A stretch of DNA of 64,000 nucleotides from Alphaproteobacteria bacterium (GTDB taxonomy: Bacteria; Pseudomonadota; Alphaproteobacteria; UBA828): contig CAXXMU010000001.1 of NCBI GenBank assembly GCA_963667785.2, positions 192,001 to 256,000 on the forward strand. Direction: 5' to 3'. Below are positions 35,806 to 45,616 of the stretch, in pieces. The notes beneath the pieces are model-generated. The model was given only the letters and a program-made list of their open reading frames with translations. It did not search any database and was not told the DNA's origin. Numbering within the stretch: the first letter of the stretch is position 1; the number at the start of each line of letters is the position of its first letter. Position numbers and translations under genes: made by a program.

Positions 35806-36044
35806 GGCGCGGAGCCCCGGTCGGCGGGACCTGTGGCGGGCAGGAAGGGATCGTCGTAGGCCAGCACCGATCCCTCCATGGCGCCGATGATGGATCGAAC
35901 CGCGCGCTCCGGTCGCACCGGCGACAACAGCGCGACCGGACGGCCGCGGTTGGTGATCGTCACGACCTCGCCGTCCTCGCTCATGTCATTGATAATACGG
36001 AGACATTTCGCCTGAAACTCGGCCGCCGCGATGGTCTTGCCCAT
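35802..36044 (-). CDS. Phd/YefM-family antitoxin
   Basis: AAEF.AKCL...ITNRGRPVA; overlaps the vapC start. Confidence 0.9.
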   Translation of the reverse strand: MGKTIAAAEFQAKCLRIINDMSEDGEVVTITNRGRPVALLSPVRPERAVRSIIGAMEGSVLAYDDPFLPATGPADRGSAP

Positions 36045-36229
36045 GGCCTTCGCCCGCGCATAAATATGTATAGATTATATGTACGTATAATTGGTGGGGC
36101 CGTCAAGGGGTAATCGGACCATCAAGGGGCAGGGGGCAAGGGGAGGGTGCGCGACGGCGGCCGTTCGCGTCGCGGGCCATTCCGGGGCTGCGACGATGCC
36201 GACGATGCCGTGCGCCCCGGCGTGGCAGC

Positions 36230-36934
36230 TCAGCCGTCGTCGTCCGCAGCGTCGGCGCCGCTCACGAGCTGGGAGAAGCGCACCGGCAGGATCTCCTCGG
36301 TCTCGAAGCGCCCGCCCTCGTCCTTGGTGACCAGCAGCAGGCGCTGATCGTCCTCGAGTCCTGCTGGGATCACCATGCGCCCGCCGGCCTTCAACTGCTG
36401 CAGCAGCGCCGGCGGAAGGAGATCGGGTGCCGCGGTCGCGATGATGCGGTCGAAGGGCGCATGCTCGGGCCAGCCCAGGCTGCCGTCGCCGATGCGGAAG
36501 CGCACGTTGCCGTAGCCCTGCTCGGCGAGCCGGCGGCGCCCGCTCTGCGCCAGCTCCTCGATCACCTCCACGGTGAACACCTCGGCCGCGAGCTCGGCCA
36601 GCAGCGCCGCCTGATAGCCGAGGCCCGTGCCGATCTCGAGCACCCGGTCCTCCGCGCCGATCTCCAGCAGGTCGGTCATCAGCGCGACGATGAAGGGCTG
36701 CGAGATCGTCTTGCCGCAGCCGATCGGCAGCGGCGAATCGAGATAGGCGTAGAGCGCCATCTCCACCGGCACGAAGGCGTGGCGCGGCACCCGCCCGATC
36801 GCGTCCATCACCGGCCCGGCGATCTCGGCGCGGCCGGTCCTGACGCCGACATGGTCGGCATGCAGCGCCACCTGCTCGACCATGGTCCGGCGCAGGATCG
36901 CGAATTGGTCTTCGTTGGAGTTCGCCGCCGTCAT
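36230..36934 (-). CDS. pcm: Protein-L-isoaspartate O-methyltransferase (copy 2)
   Basis: KTISQP, LEIGTGLGY, APFDRI. Confidence 0.88.
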   Translation of the reverse strand: MTAANSNEDQFAILRRTMVEQVALHADHVGVRTGRAEIAGPVMDAIGRVPRHAFVPVEMALYAYLDSPLPIGCGKTISQPFIVALMTDLLEIGAEDRVLEIGTGLGYQAALLAELAAEVFTVEVIEELAQSGRRRLAEQGYGNVRFRIGDGSLGWPEHAPFDRIIATAAPDLLPPALLQQLKAGGRMVIPAGLEDDQRLLLVTKDEGGRFETEEILPVRFSQLVSGADAADDDG

Positions 36935-37079
36935 GGTCCGCCACCGCGCCTGCGCCCGCGTCCGCACTAAGCTGCTATAACTATCGCATTAGCGGTGGAG
37001 CCGCGAGCCTTGCAGGCGCGCCCTGCCGCCGCGTCTCCGGCGGCTGCCGCCCGCAGCAGGCCACCCACGGGAGTTGTGC

Positions 37080-38519
37080 ATGACCGGCTCGCTCGCGCTG
37101 CCGCTCTGGATCCTCGCGGTGGTCGGCGCGCTCGCACTCTGGGCCGCGCTGGATCGCATCTTCATGCCGGGCGCCCGCTGGTTCCTGCGGCGCCGCCTCA
37201 ATCGCATGATCGACGAGGTCAACACGCGGCTCGAGCTGGAGATCCCGCCGTTCCTGCAGACCCGGCGCCGCGTGCTCATCGACCAGCTCAGCTACGACCC
37301 GCAGGTGATGGAGGCGATCGATGCGGAGGCGCAGGCCACCGGCATCCCGCGCGAGGTGCTGAGCCGGCAGGTCGAGCGCTACGCCCGCGAGATCGTGCCC
37401 TCCTTCAACGCCTATGCCTATTTCCGCATCGGCTACCACATCGCGCGGCGCGCGGTGGAGAGCCTCTACCGCGTGCGGCTCGGCTACTCCGACGACGAGG
37501 CGCTCGGCCGCATCGAGCCCGGCGCCAGCGTCGTCTTCGTGATGAACCACCGCAGCAACATGGACTACGTGATCGTCGCCTACATGGCGGCGCACCGGTC
37601 TGCGCTGAGCTACGCCGTCGGCGAGTGGGCGCGGGTCTGGCCGCTCAGGATGCTGGTGCGCTCGCTCGGCGCCTATTTCGTCCGCCGCGGCTCGGGCAGC
37701 CGGCTCTATCGCCAGGTGCTCGCGCGCTACGTGCAGGCGGCGACGGCGGGCGGCGTGGTCCAGGCGGTCTATCCCGAGGGCGGCCTCAGCCGCGACGGCC
37801 GCCTGCGCAAGCCCAAGCTCGGCCTCATCAGCTACATGGTCTCGTCATTCGACCCGGAGGGCTCCCGCGATCTCGTCTTCGTGCCCGTGGGCATCAACTA
37901 CGACCGCGTGCTGGAGGACCGCATGCTGGTGCGCGCGCCGCGCCCCGGGGAGCCCAGGCGCAGCAGGCTGCGGGTGCTCATGACCGCGCTCCGCTTCGCC
38001 GGCCACAACGTGAGCCTCATGGTCAGGCGGCGCTGGTACCGCTTCGGCTATGCCTGCGTGAACTTCGCCGCGCCGATCTCCATGCGGGAGTACGCGAAGA
38101 CCCGCGGCATCGATTTCCGCGCGCTGGAGGCCGACGCCCGCCACGAGGCCGTGGAGACACTCGGCGGCGAGCTGCTGGAGGCGATCGCCGCGGCGATTCC
38201 GGTGTTGCCGGTCTCGCTCGTGGCGTCGGTCTTCGTCCGCGCGGACGGTGCGCTCGACCTGCTGGAGATCAAGGGGCGGACCCAGGCGCTGATCGACGGT
38301 CTGGAACGCCGGGGCGCCTACGTGCACATCCCCAGGGCCGACCGCGACTACGCCGTCACCGTGGGCCTTCGCATGCTGACGCTCAGGCACTTCGTGACGG
38401 AGGAGGACGGGCTCTTCCGCGCCAACGAGGGCGAGCGCGACATGCTGCGCTACTACGCCAACGCCATCGAGCATTTTCTCGCCGACGCCGACGCGCCGGC
38501 CGAGCGGGCGGCCGAATAG
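37080..38519 (+). CDS. Glycerol-3-phosphate/phospholipid acyltransferase
   Basis: NHRSNMD (HX4D), PEGGLSRDG. Confidence 0.88.
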   Translation: MTGSLALPLWILAVVGALALWAALDRIFMPGARWFLRRRLNRMIDEVNTRLELEIPPFLQTRRRVLIDQLSYDPQVMEAIDAEAQATGIPREVLSRQVERYAREIVPSFNAYAYFRIGYHIARRAVESLYRVRLGYSDDEALGRIEPGASVVFVMNHRSNMDYVIVAYMAAHRSALSYAVGEWARVWPLRMLVRSLGAYFVRRGSGSRLYRQVLARYVQAATAGGVVQAVYPEGGLSRDGRLRKPKLGLISYMVSSFDPEGSRDLVFVPVGINYDRVLEDRMLVRAPRPGEPRRSRLRVLMTALRFAGHNVSLMVRRRWYRFGYACVNFAAPISMREYAKTRGIDFRALEADARHEAVETLGGELLEAIAAAIPVLPVSLVASVFVRADGALDLLEIKGRTQALIDGLERRGAYVHIPRADRDYAVTVGLRMLTLRHFVTEEDGLFRANEGERDMLRYYANAIEHFLADADAPAERAAE

Positions 38520-38554
38520 GGCGCGCCGGCGGCGGGAGCCGTCGGCGCGGCAGA

Positions 38555-38848
38555 CTACTCGACGGCCTCGACGAAGTAGACGCTGCTGTTGGCGGCCCGG
38601 AAGCGCATCGGCAGCACCGCCTGGTACTCGGGCGAGTTGTACCACTCCTTCGCCCGTTCCATGCTCGGGAAGCGGATGATCACGATCCTGGGCGGCTTCG
38701 ACATGCCGTCCATGTGGGCGACGTTGGTGGTGGCTGCGATCAGCTCGCCGTCATGGGCCGCGACCGAGGGGCCGGCCTTTTCGGCGTACTCGTCCATCAG
38801 GGCCTGATCGGTCACTTGCGATTCCGAGATGAGGTAGGCGGCGGGCAT
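38555..38848 (-). CDS. DUF1330 protein
   Basis: AYLI...IIRFPSME.AK.WYNSPEYQ. Confidence 0.88.
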   Translation of the reverse strand: MPAAYLISESQVTDQALMDEYAEKAGPSVAAHDGELIAATTNVAHMDGMSKPPRIVIIRFPSMERAKEWYNSPEYQAVLPMRFRAANSSVYFVEAVE

Positions 38849-38908
38849 GGTGGTTCTCCCTGGATTGAGGTGTGCCGTTTACGAGCGGGTCACAGCCTGC
38901 GGAAAGGG

Positions 38909-40936
38909 TCAGAGCTTGCGGGCCTGGCGGTGGCCTTCGTAGACGGCCTCGTAGGCGGTGCGGGGCGCGGTGGCGTCGCCGATGGTCTCCACCGGGATGC
39001 CGCGGGCGGCGACGGCGCCCTGCAACGCGTTCTCGGAGCGCCGGCCGGTCGCCATGACGATCCAGTCCGCCTCCAGCGTGCGCTCGGCCTCTTCGTGGTG
39101 GACGTTGTAGAGCGTCACGCTGCTGCCCTCGATGCGGCGGACGAAGTGGTCGACGCAGACCGTCACCCCGGTCTGGTAGAGCTTGGGCAGGATCCAGTCG
39201 AGATAGACGTCGAGGATGGTCTCCATGCCGACCATGGGCCAGCGGGTGACCAGCGTCACTTCGTCCGCGCCGGCATCCATGCAGGCGACGGCGGTGAGCG
39301 GCGCCACCACGTCGCAGAGGTCGTCCAGCACCATCACCCTGCCGCGCGGCCGGGCCTGGCCCTGGGCGACCGCGTCCCAGCCGACGCAGTTGCCGCTCTC
39401 CCAGCCGGGCAGCGCCTCGCCGGTCCAGCCCTGGAAGCCGTCGACGGCGACGGCGGAGCCGGTGGCGACCACCACATGGTCGGGCTTCACGGCCTCCAGC
39501 GCCTGGTCGAGGTCGTCCTCGGTCACCGGCGCGCCGGTGACGATGCGGGTGCCGTTCTTCTCGGCCTGCGCCGCGAGCCAGCGGCCGATCTCGCCGTACT
39601 CGGCCCGGGTCGGCAGCAGCGACTGCACACGCACGTGGCCGCCGGTCTCGCCTTCGGCCTCGTAGAGCGTCACGTCGTGGCCCCGGGCGGACGCGATGCG
39701 CGCATATTCGAGCCCCGCCGGGCCGCCGCCGATGACCAGCACGCGCTTCGGCTCCGCCACCTTGACCAGCGTGCCCTCGCCCCAGGCCTCCTCGCGGCCC
39801 ACGGCGGGGTTGTAGATGCATTGCACCCGCCCGCCCCGGCTCACGCTCTTCCAGCAGAAGTTGGCAGCCACGCATGAGCGGATGTCGTCGGTGTGGCCTT
39901 CCTGCGCCTTCTTGGCCCAGTGGGGATCGGTGAAGAGCTGGCGCGCGAGGCAGATGGCATCGCCGTCGCCGGCCTCCAGAAGCTGCTCGGCCACGTCCGG
40001 CGTGGTGATGCGGCCGACCAGCAGCACCGGCTTCGACGAGACCTCGCGGATCTTGCGGGCGTAGCCGCGCTCCCAGCCCGCCTCGAACTCCATCGGCGTG
40101 TGGATGAAGGCGTGATGGACGCCGGCCGAGACGTTGACGTAGTCGATGTCGGCCCGCTTCTCGATGTCGGCGACGATGTCGCGCACCTCGTCGATTTCGA
40201 GATCGCCCGGCCAGAACGAGGTCGAGTTGATGCGGTAGCCGACGAACCTGTCGTCGCCGGCGGCGGCGCGCATCCGCTTTAACGCCTCGAGCGGGAAGCG
40301 CAGGCGGTTCTCCTGCGAGCCGCCCCAGCGGTCGGTGCGCTTGTTGTAGAGCGGCGAGATGAACTGCCAGGGCAGGTAGCCGTGGCTCAGGTGAAGCTCG
40401 ACCCCGTCGAGGCCTGCCGCGAACGCGCGCGTCGCGGCGCTGCCGAAGGCCTCGAGCAGCTCCTCGATCTCGTCCTCGTCGAGCTCCTTGGGCGTGGACG
40501 CGCCGGGGAACTCGCCCAAGGGCACCTGGCTCGGCGAAAGCGTGTACCAGGTCGCGTCCGGGTCGTAGGTGGCTTCCTGCTTGAAGGTGGGGAAGCCGCG
40601 CACGCCCGAGTGCCAGAGCTGGATCGCCAGCTTGCAGCCCTCGGCGTGGACCGCGTCCGCGATTTTCGACAGCGGCTCGATCTGCCGGTCGTCGAAGAGC
40701 TGCGGCATGAGCAGCGGCGCCATGATCGAGCTCTGATGGACATGGGTCCCGCCGATGATGATGAGGCCGACGCCGCCCTCGGCGCGCTCCCGGTAGTAGT
40801 GGGTGGCCATGTCGATGAAGAGCCCGTTCCACGGGTCCGAGACCCAGCTCGGGCAGGTCGGCGGGAACACCACCCGGTTCTTGATGGTGGTGTTGCGAAT
40901 CTTCCATTCCGAGAAAAGCCGTGGATAGGCCGCCAT
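38909..40936 (-). CDS. NADH:flavin oxidoreductase (OYE plus FAD-binding domains, TMADH/DCR-like)
   Basis: HLSHGYL, NKRTD.WGGS..NR.R, Cys cluster, GGGPAG. Confidence 0.9.
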   Translation of the reverse strand: MAAYPRLFSEWKIRNTTIKNRVVFPPTCPSWVSDPWNGLFIDMATHYYRERAEGGVGLIIIGGTHVHQSSIMAPLLMPQLFDDRQIEPLSKIADAVHAEGCKLAIQLWHSGVRGFPTFKQEATYDPDATWYTLSPSQVPLGEFPGASTPKELDEDEIEELLEAFGSAATRAFAAGLDGVELHLSHGYLPWQFISPLYNKRTDRWGGSQENRLRFPLEALKRMRAAAGDDRFVGYRINSTSFWPGDLEIDEVRDIVADIEKRADIDYVNVSAGVHHAFIHTPMEFEAGWERGYARKIREVSSKPVLLVGRITTPDVAEQLLEAGDGDAICLARQLFTDPHWAKKAQEGHTDDIRSCVAANFCWKSVSRGGRVQCIYNPAVGREEAWGEGTLVKVAEPKRVLVIGGGPAGLEYARIASARGHDVTLYEAEGETGGHVRVQSLLPTRAEYGEIGRWLAAQAEKNGTRIVTGAPVTEDDLDQALEAVKPDHVVVATGSAVAVDGFQGWTGEALPGWESGNCVGWDAVAQGQARPRGRVMVLDDLCDVVAPLTAVACMDAGADEVTLVTRWPMVGMETILDVYLDWILPKLYQTGVTVCVDHFVRRIEGSSVTLYNVHHEEAERTLEADWIVMATGRRSENALQGAVAARGIPVETIGDATAPRTAYEAVYEGHRQARKL

Positions 40937-41071
40937 GCTGCGCTCCCCCTGTCGCGGGCGCCTCGCAGGCCGGGCGCCCCTGTCCATCACCGCCGCCGTC
41001 CATTACACTCGCCTTGGCGTGCGAATGCCAGTTTCGCGGCCTCTGGCCGGCTTGGATGCAGGAGGGTGGCC

Positions 41072-42487
41072 ATGTCCGACACCTATCGCGCGGTGATCCC
41101 CTACGAATCCCTGGACCCGCTCACCATCGGCTCGGCCGACGACCCGGCCATGGTCTACCGCGAGACGCTCACCCTCGAGATTCCCGAGGCGAACCTGCTG
41201 GCGGCGCTCTACCCCGAGGAGCCTGCCCCCATCGCGAACCCGACGGAGGCCGCGGCGGCCGCGCTGGAGGCGCCGCACTCGGGGCCGCCCTTCTCCCAGA
41301 TGATCGGGCCGGACAAGAGCCTCGCCATCATCATCGACAACCAGTTCCGCCCGACGCCCACCTCCAAGCTGCTGCCGGCGGTGCTCGACGCCGTCGAGGC
41401 GCACGGCATCAGGGACGCCCGCGTCGTCTGCGCCAACGGCAAGGTCTTCCCCATGTCGGAGCGCGACACCGAGCTGAAGCTGGGGCGGGAGAACCTCGCG
41501 CGCATGGAACGGCTCGGCATTCCCTTCTTCCAGAACGAGCCGCGCGAGCCCGAGCAGTACGTCTTCATCGGCATGACCACGGGCGGCACGCCGGTCTGGC
41601 TGCACAAGGAGGTCGCGAAGTCCGACGTGACCCTTTCCATGGGCCAGGCGCAGTCCAACCACTGGGGCGCCGGCGGGGGCGGCAAGCTGATCCTCCCCGG
41701 CGTGGTCTCCGACGAGACCATCGAATCCAACCACTGCGCCTTCGTGATGTCGCCCAAGACCCACTACGGCGCCATGGCCGGGCCGATGCGGACGGACATC
41801 GACGAGGCCGCCACCATGTGTGGGCTCTCGGCGACGCTGAACAGCGTGCTGGATACGCGGGGCCGGCTCAGCTTCATCAATTTCGGCGCCCATCCGGACG
41901 CGCACCGCGAGGCGATCCGCGTCTTCAACGGCGTCTACGCCTACGAACGCCCCGCCGGCGGGCCGGCGGACATCGCCATCTGCGGCGTCTTCGCGCCCAC
42001 CGACCACCTCTTCTTCCACACCGGCTGGGGCTGCATGTCGTCGGACCTGCTGGTCAAGGACGGCGGCACGCTCATCTATTGCAGTCCGTCGCCCGGCGTG
42101 AGCACGCATCTCGGCGACTTTCCGGGCCTCGCGCTGATGGACCTGATGAAGCCCTACATGCCGCCTTCGCGGGCGAACCTCGAGCGCGTCTACCGCGACA
42201 TCCACAGCCGCACCATCGAGATGTGGGCGGGCTGCATCTGGGTGCCGATCTACGAGGTCATGGTGCGCAAGCACCTCCACGTGGTGACGCTGGAGGAAAA
42301 CCTGGAGATGGCCGCCGATATCGGCATCGAGGCCGGCACCTCGCTGGAGGATGCGTTCGCCGCCGCGCTCGCCCGCCACGGGCCGGATGCCAAGGTCGCG
42401 GTGCTGCCCTTCGCGCGCTACCAGCTTCCGCGCGATGCGATCCGCATGCCGCTGGAGGCCGAGCCGCTGAGCCAGGCGGCGGAGTAG
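41072..42487 (+). CDS. LarA (DUF2088) nickel-pincer superfamily enzyme, divergent
   Basis: D...RPTP, GGGKLILPG, ESNH; C-terminal VAVLP. Confidence 0.78.
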   Translation: MSDTYRAVIPYESLDPLTIGSADDPAMVYRETLTLEIPEANLLAALYPEEPAPIANPTEAAAAALEAPHSGPPFSQMIGPDKSLAIIIDNQFRPTPTSKLLPAVLDAVEAHGIRDARVVCANGKVFPMSERDTELKLGRENLARMERLGIPFFQNEPREPEQYVFIGMTTGGTPVWLHKEVAKSDVTLSMGQAQSNHWGAGGGGKLILPGVVSDETIESNHCAFVMSPKTHYGAMAGPMRTDIDEAATMCGLSATLNSVLDTRGRLSFINFGAHPDAHREAIRVFNGVYAYERPAGGPADIAICGVFAPTDHLFFHTGWGCMSSDLLVKDGGTLIYCSPSPGVSTHLGDFPGLALMDLMKPYMPPSRANLERVYRDIHSRTIEMWAGCIWVPIYEVMVRKHLHVVTLEENLEMAADIGIEAGTSLEDAFAAALARHGPDAKVAVLPFARYQLPRDAIRMPLEAEPLSQAAE

Positions 42488-42498
42488 GGCAGGCGGTG

Positions 42499-42825
42499 AT
42501 GTCTCCCTCCGGCGCGGCCGGGGAGTCCGCGCCCGAGCCGATCACCGGCTCGACCACGATCGTCGACTTGCTGCAGCGCTTCCCCGGCGGGGAGGCGGCC
42601 CAGCTCATGGCGCGCCTCGCCTGGCCCTGCGCCCACTGCTCGGGCGCGTTGCACGAGCCGATCTCCATCGCCGCCAAGCGCCATGCCAACCGGGCCGGCC
42701 CCGTGGTCCGCGCCTTCCGGGCGCTGGAGCGGGGCGGCCCGAGCGAGGCGGAGATCGCCGAGGCTGCGGCCAAGCACGACAAGCGCCAGGACCCGGCCGC
42801 CCTCTGGGCGCGCTACGCCCGCTAA
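42499..42825 (+). CDS. DUF1858-like CxxC small protein
   Basis: TTIVDLL..FP...CAHC....E.I..AAK.H. Confidence 0.65.
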   Translation: MSPSGAAGESAPEPITGSTTIVDLLQRFPGGEAAQLMARLAWPCAHCSGALHEPISIAAKRHANRAGPVVRAFRALERGGPSEAEIAEAAAKHDKRQDPAALWARYAR

Positions 42826-42864
42826 GGCGTCTTCGTCTCGTACGGAGACGCCCTGGCCCGGCGT

Positions 42865-43608
42865 TCAGCCCCGGCGCTTTCTGAACAGCAGCGAGAGCGC
42901 CGCCTTCCTCTTGGCGAAGGCCTTGAGCAGATCGAAGCCGTAGCCGTCGAACAGGCGCGTCATGTTGGCCCGGTTGAACCACTGCAGGTGCTCCGGCGGG
43001 CAGATTTCGCTCCAGTCCAGGGTGGTCTCGGGCACCACGGGATGGCCGATGTCCGGAGTCGACACGTAGATGACGGTGCCCGGCCGCGACAGGGCGTCGA
43101 TCATCCGCAGGCAGTCGTGCGGCCCGGCGAGATGCTCCATGACCTCGGCCGTGAACATGAAGTCGAAGACGAGATCGCGTCTCGCCATCGCGCCGAAGTC
43201 CTCGCAGTAGAAGGTGGCGCGCGGGAAACGGTTGCGCGCGAAGGCGATGGAGTTGGCACTGATGTCCATCCCGTGGGCGTCGGCGCCGACACGGCGAAAC
43301 GCATCGACCATGATCCCGCCGCCGCAGCCGATGTCGAGCACCCTCCTGCCCGCGACATGCCTCCAGAATCGTATCGACTTGACGAAGGCGCGCCGCCGCC
43401 GCGAGCGCAGCTTGGGATAGAAGGTCGCGGTGCTCCCCCGGTAGTTGTCCGAATAGCGCTCGTTCAGCGCCTGCGCGCTCGGGAACGGATGAACGAACCA
43501 GAAGCCGCAGTCTCCGCAGGCGCGGACCTCGTACCCGCGCTTCGTCCCGGCGGGCGCGGAGTCGCCGCCGCACAGCGGGCAGCGCACGGTCGCGGGTTCG
43601 CTCGCCAT
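42865..43608 (-). CDS. Class I SAM methyltransferase with N-terminal Zn ribbon
   Basis: CPLC..CGDC, VLDIGCGGG, EVMEHL. Confidence 0.88.
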   Translation of the reverse strand: MASEPATVRCPLCGGDSAPAGTKRGYEVRACGDCGFWFVHPFPSAQALNERYSDNYRGSTATFYPKLRSRRRRAFVKSIRFWRHVAGRRVLDIGCGGGIMVDAFRRVGADAHGMDISANSIAFARNRFPRATFYCEDFGAMARRDLVFDFMFTAEVMEHLAGPHDCLRMIDALSRPGTVIYVSTPDIGHPVVPETTLDWSEICPPEHLQWFNRANMTRLFDGYGFDLLKAFAKRKAALSLLFRKRRG

Positions 43609-43629
43609 GGCCCGTCTGCCGCCGCGCCG

Positions 43630-43938
43630 CTACTTGTTGGGCGCCGCGATGCGGTGGCCGAGGGCGAACATCTCGAACTCGCCGTCGACCATGTGGGCCG
43701 TCCGTTCCATCTGGCGCTTGAACCAGGGGGTCTGCGTGTGGGCCTCGAAGTCGGCCTCGCTGATGTAGATCTCGTAGAAGATGAAGCGCCGCGGATCGTC
43801 CTTGTCGACGCTCACCTCGAAGGCGACGCAGCCCGGCTCCCTGGTAATCGAGTTGGCGGCGTGGCGCTTCACCAGCCGGGTGAACTCGGCGACGTGCTTC
43901 TTCTTGATTCTCAGCGCTGCGGCGACGGTGTAGGGCAT
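43630..43938 (-). CDS. ABM-domain (LsrG-like) protein
   Basis: EPGC..FEV, FYEIY...AH..TP.F. Confidence 0.85.
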   Translation of the reverse strand: MPYTVAAALRIKKKHVAEFTRLVKRHAANSITREPGCVAFEVSVDKDDPRRFIFYEIYISEADFEAHTQTPWFKRQMERTAHMVDGEFEMFALGHRIAAPNK

Positions 43939-43975
43939 GGGATCCTCCCGTGGTGGATGGTGGCGGCGGCGAACC

Positions 43976-45580
43976 TCAGGCGGCGGCGCGGATCATCTCC
44001 GCCGCGCGCTCGCCGATCATGATGCAGGTGGCGTTGAGGTTGGCGCTGACGACGGCCGGCATGATCGAGGCGTCGGCTACGTAGAGGCCGTCGATCCCGC
44101 GCACCTTGAGGCGGTCGTCCACCACCGCCATCGCGTCGTGCCCCATCCCGCAGGTGCCGGCGGGGTGATAGACGCCGATGGCGCTGGCGCGGATGTAGGC
44201 GCGCCACTCGTCGTCGCTCTGCACGTCCGCGCCGGGCAGATGCTCGCCGACGATCGAGCGCGAGATGGGCTCGCTGCCGAGGACCGTGCGGAAGAAGCGG
44301 GCGCCGAGCAGCAGGGTCTCCACGTCGCGCTCGTCGGCAAGCAGGTTCGGCTGGATCGCGGGCTGCGCGAGGGGATCGGCCGAGGCGAGCCGCACCCGGC
44401 CGCGGGAATAGGGCCGGTGCAGGTTGGTGAGCCCCGTGATCGCGGGCCTGTCGAAGAGCTCCGGGCCGTCGGCGGTCAGGTCGTAGCCGGCGGGCGAGAA
44501 GAGGTACTGCACGTGGCTGCGCGACTTGCCCGGGTCGCAGCGCCTGTAGCCGCAGACCTGGGCGATCGGCGTCGACGCCGGTCCGCCGCCGGTCAGCAGC
44601 CACTGGGCGCCGTAGAAGAGGGTGCTGAGCGGCCCGGTCATCACGTTGTAGGTCCGGCGGTTGACCCACATGGTCTGGCTGATCCCGGCATGGTCCTGCA
44701 GGTTCTCGCCCACGCCGGGGAGGTCGTGGCGCACCTCGATACCGTGCTCGTGCAGGTGGCCGGCGGGGCCCACGCCCGAGAGCATCAGGAGCTGCGGCGA
44801 GCCGAAGGTGCCGGCCGAGAGGACCACTGCCCTGGCCGCCGTCGCGCGCCGGCGCTTGCCCCGCCGCAGGTACTCCACGCCCGTGGCGCGCGCGCCGTCG
44901 AAGGTGAGTCCCAGCACGTGCGCGTGGGTGACGACGCATAGGTTGTCGCGGCCCCTGGCCGGCCAGAGATAGGCGCGCGCGGCGCTGTGCCGGCGGCCCC
45001 GGCGCTGGGTCGCCTGGACGTAGCCGACGCCCATCTGCGGCGGCGCGTTGATGTCCTCGCGGAAGGGCATGCCGGCCTTGACGCAGGTCTCGACGAGCAC
45101 GCGGGAGAGCGGATGCAGCGAGCGGATGTGGGAGACCGAGAGAGGTCCGCCGGCGCCCCGGTATTCGTCGGCGCCGCCCTCGTAGTCCTCCAGCCGGCGG
45201 AAGTAGGGGAGCACGCTCTCGAAGTCCCAGCCGCGGCAGCCGAGCTGTGACCAGCCGTTGTAGTCCTCCGGCGCGCCCCGCACGTACGAGGTGGCGTTGA
45301 TCGAGCTGGTGCCGCCCAGCACCTTGCCGCGCGGCATGTAGTCCTCGCGCCCGCCCCGCGTCGGGTCGGGCTCCGCCATGAAGCGCCAGTCGTAGCGGGG
45401 GTTGGTGATGCCGACGAGCATGGTCGCCACCGGCATCTGGATGACGAGGCGGCGGTCCGAGCCGCCTGCCTCCAGCAGCAGCACCCGGCGCCGCCCGTCC
45501 TCCGAGAGCCTTGCGGCGATCACGCTGCCGGCCGAGCCTGCGCCGACGACGATGTAGTCGGCCTGCTGGTCCGCCCGCAT
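43976..45580 (-). CDS. GMC family oxidoreductase
   Basis: GAGSAG, RGKVLGGTSSIN, GENLQDH, YHPAGT, N.NA. Confidence 0.93.
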   Translation of the reverse strand: MRADQQADYIVVGAGSAGSVIAARLSEDGRRRVLLLEAGGSDRRLVIQMPVATMLVGITNPRYDWRFMAEPDPTRGGREDYMPRGKVLGGTSSINATSYVRGAPEDYNGWSQLGCRGWDFESVLPYFRRLEDYEGGADEYRGAGGPLSVSHIRSLHPLSRVLVETCVKAGMPFREDINAPPQMGVGYVQATQRRGRRHSAARAYLWPARGRDNLCVVTHAHVLGLTFDGARATGVEYLRRGKRRRATAARAVVLSAGTFGSPQLLMLSGVGPAGHLHEHGIEVRHDLPGVGENLQDHAGISQTMWVNRRTYNVMTGPLSTLFYGAQWLLTGGGPASTPIAQVCGYRRCDPGKSRSHVQYLFSPAGYDLTADGPELFDRPAITGLTNLHRPYSRGRVRLASADPLAQPAIQPNLLADERDVETLLLGARFFRTVLGSEPISRSIVGEHLPGADVQSDDEWRAYIRASAIGVYHPAGTCGMGHDAMAVVDDRLKVRGIDGLYVADASIMPAVVSANLNATCIMIGERAAEMIRAAA

Positions 45581-45616
45581 CCCCCGGCCCGTTCCCGAAC
45601 GCGCGCCGCCTCGGGC

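Noticed and set aside
36995-39877. 960-aa plus-strand ORF, and similar long shadow ORFs (e.g. 50681-53155, 38751-41003, 18131-20212)
   Set aside because: Arg/Gly/Pro-rich off-frame or antisense shadows of well-supported genes in high-GC DNA
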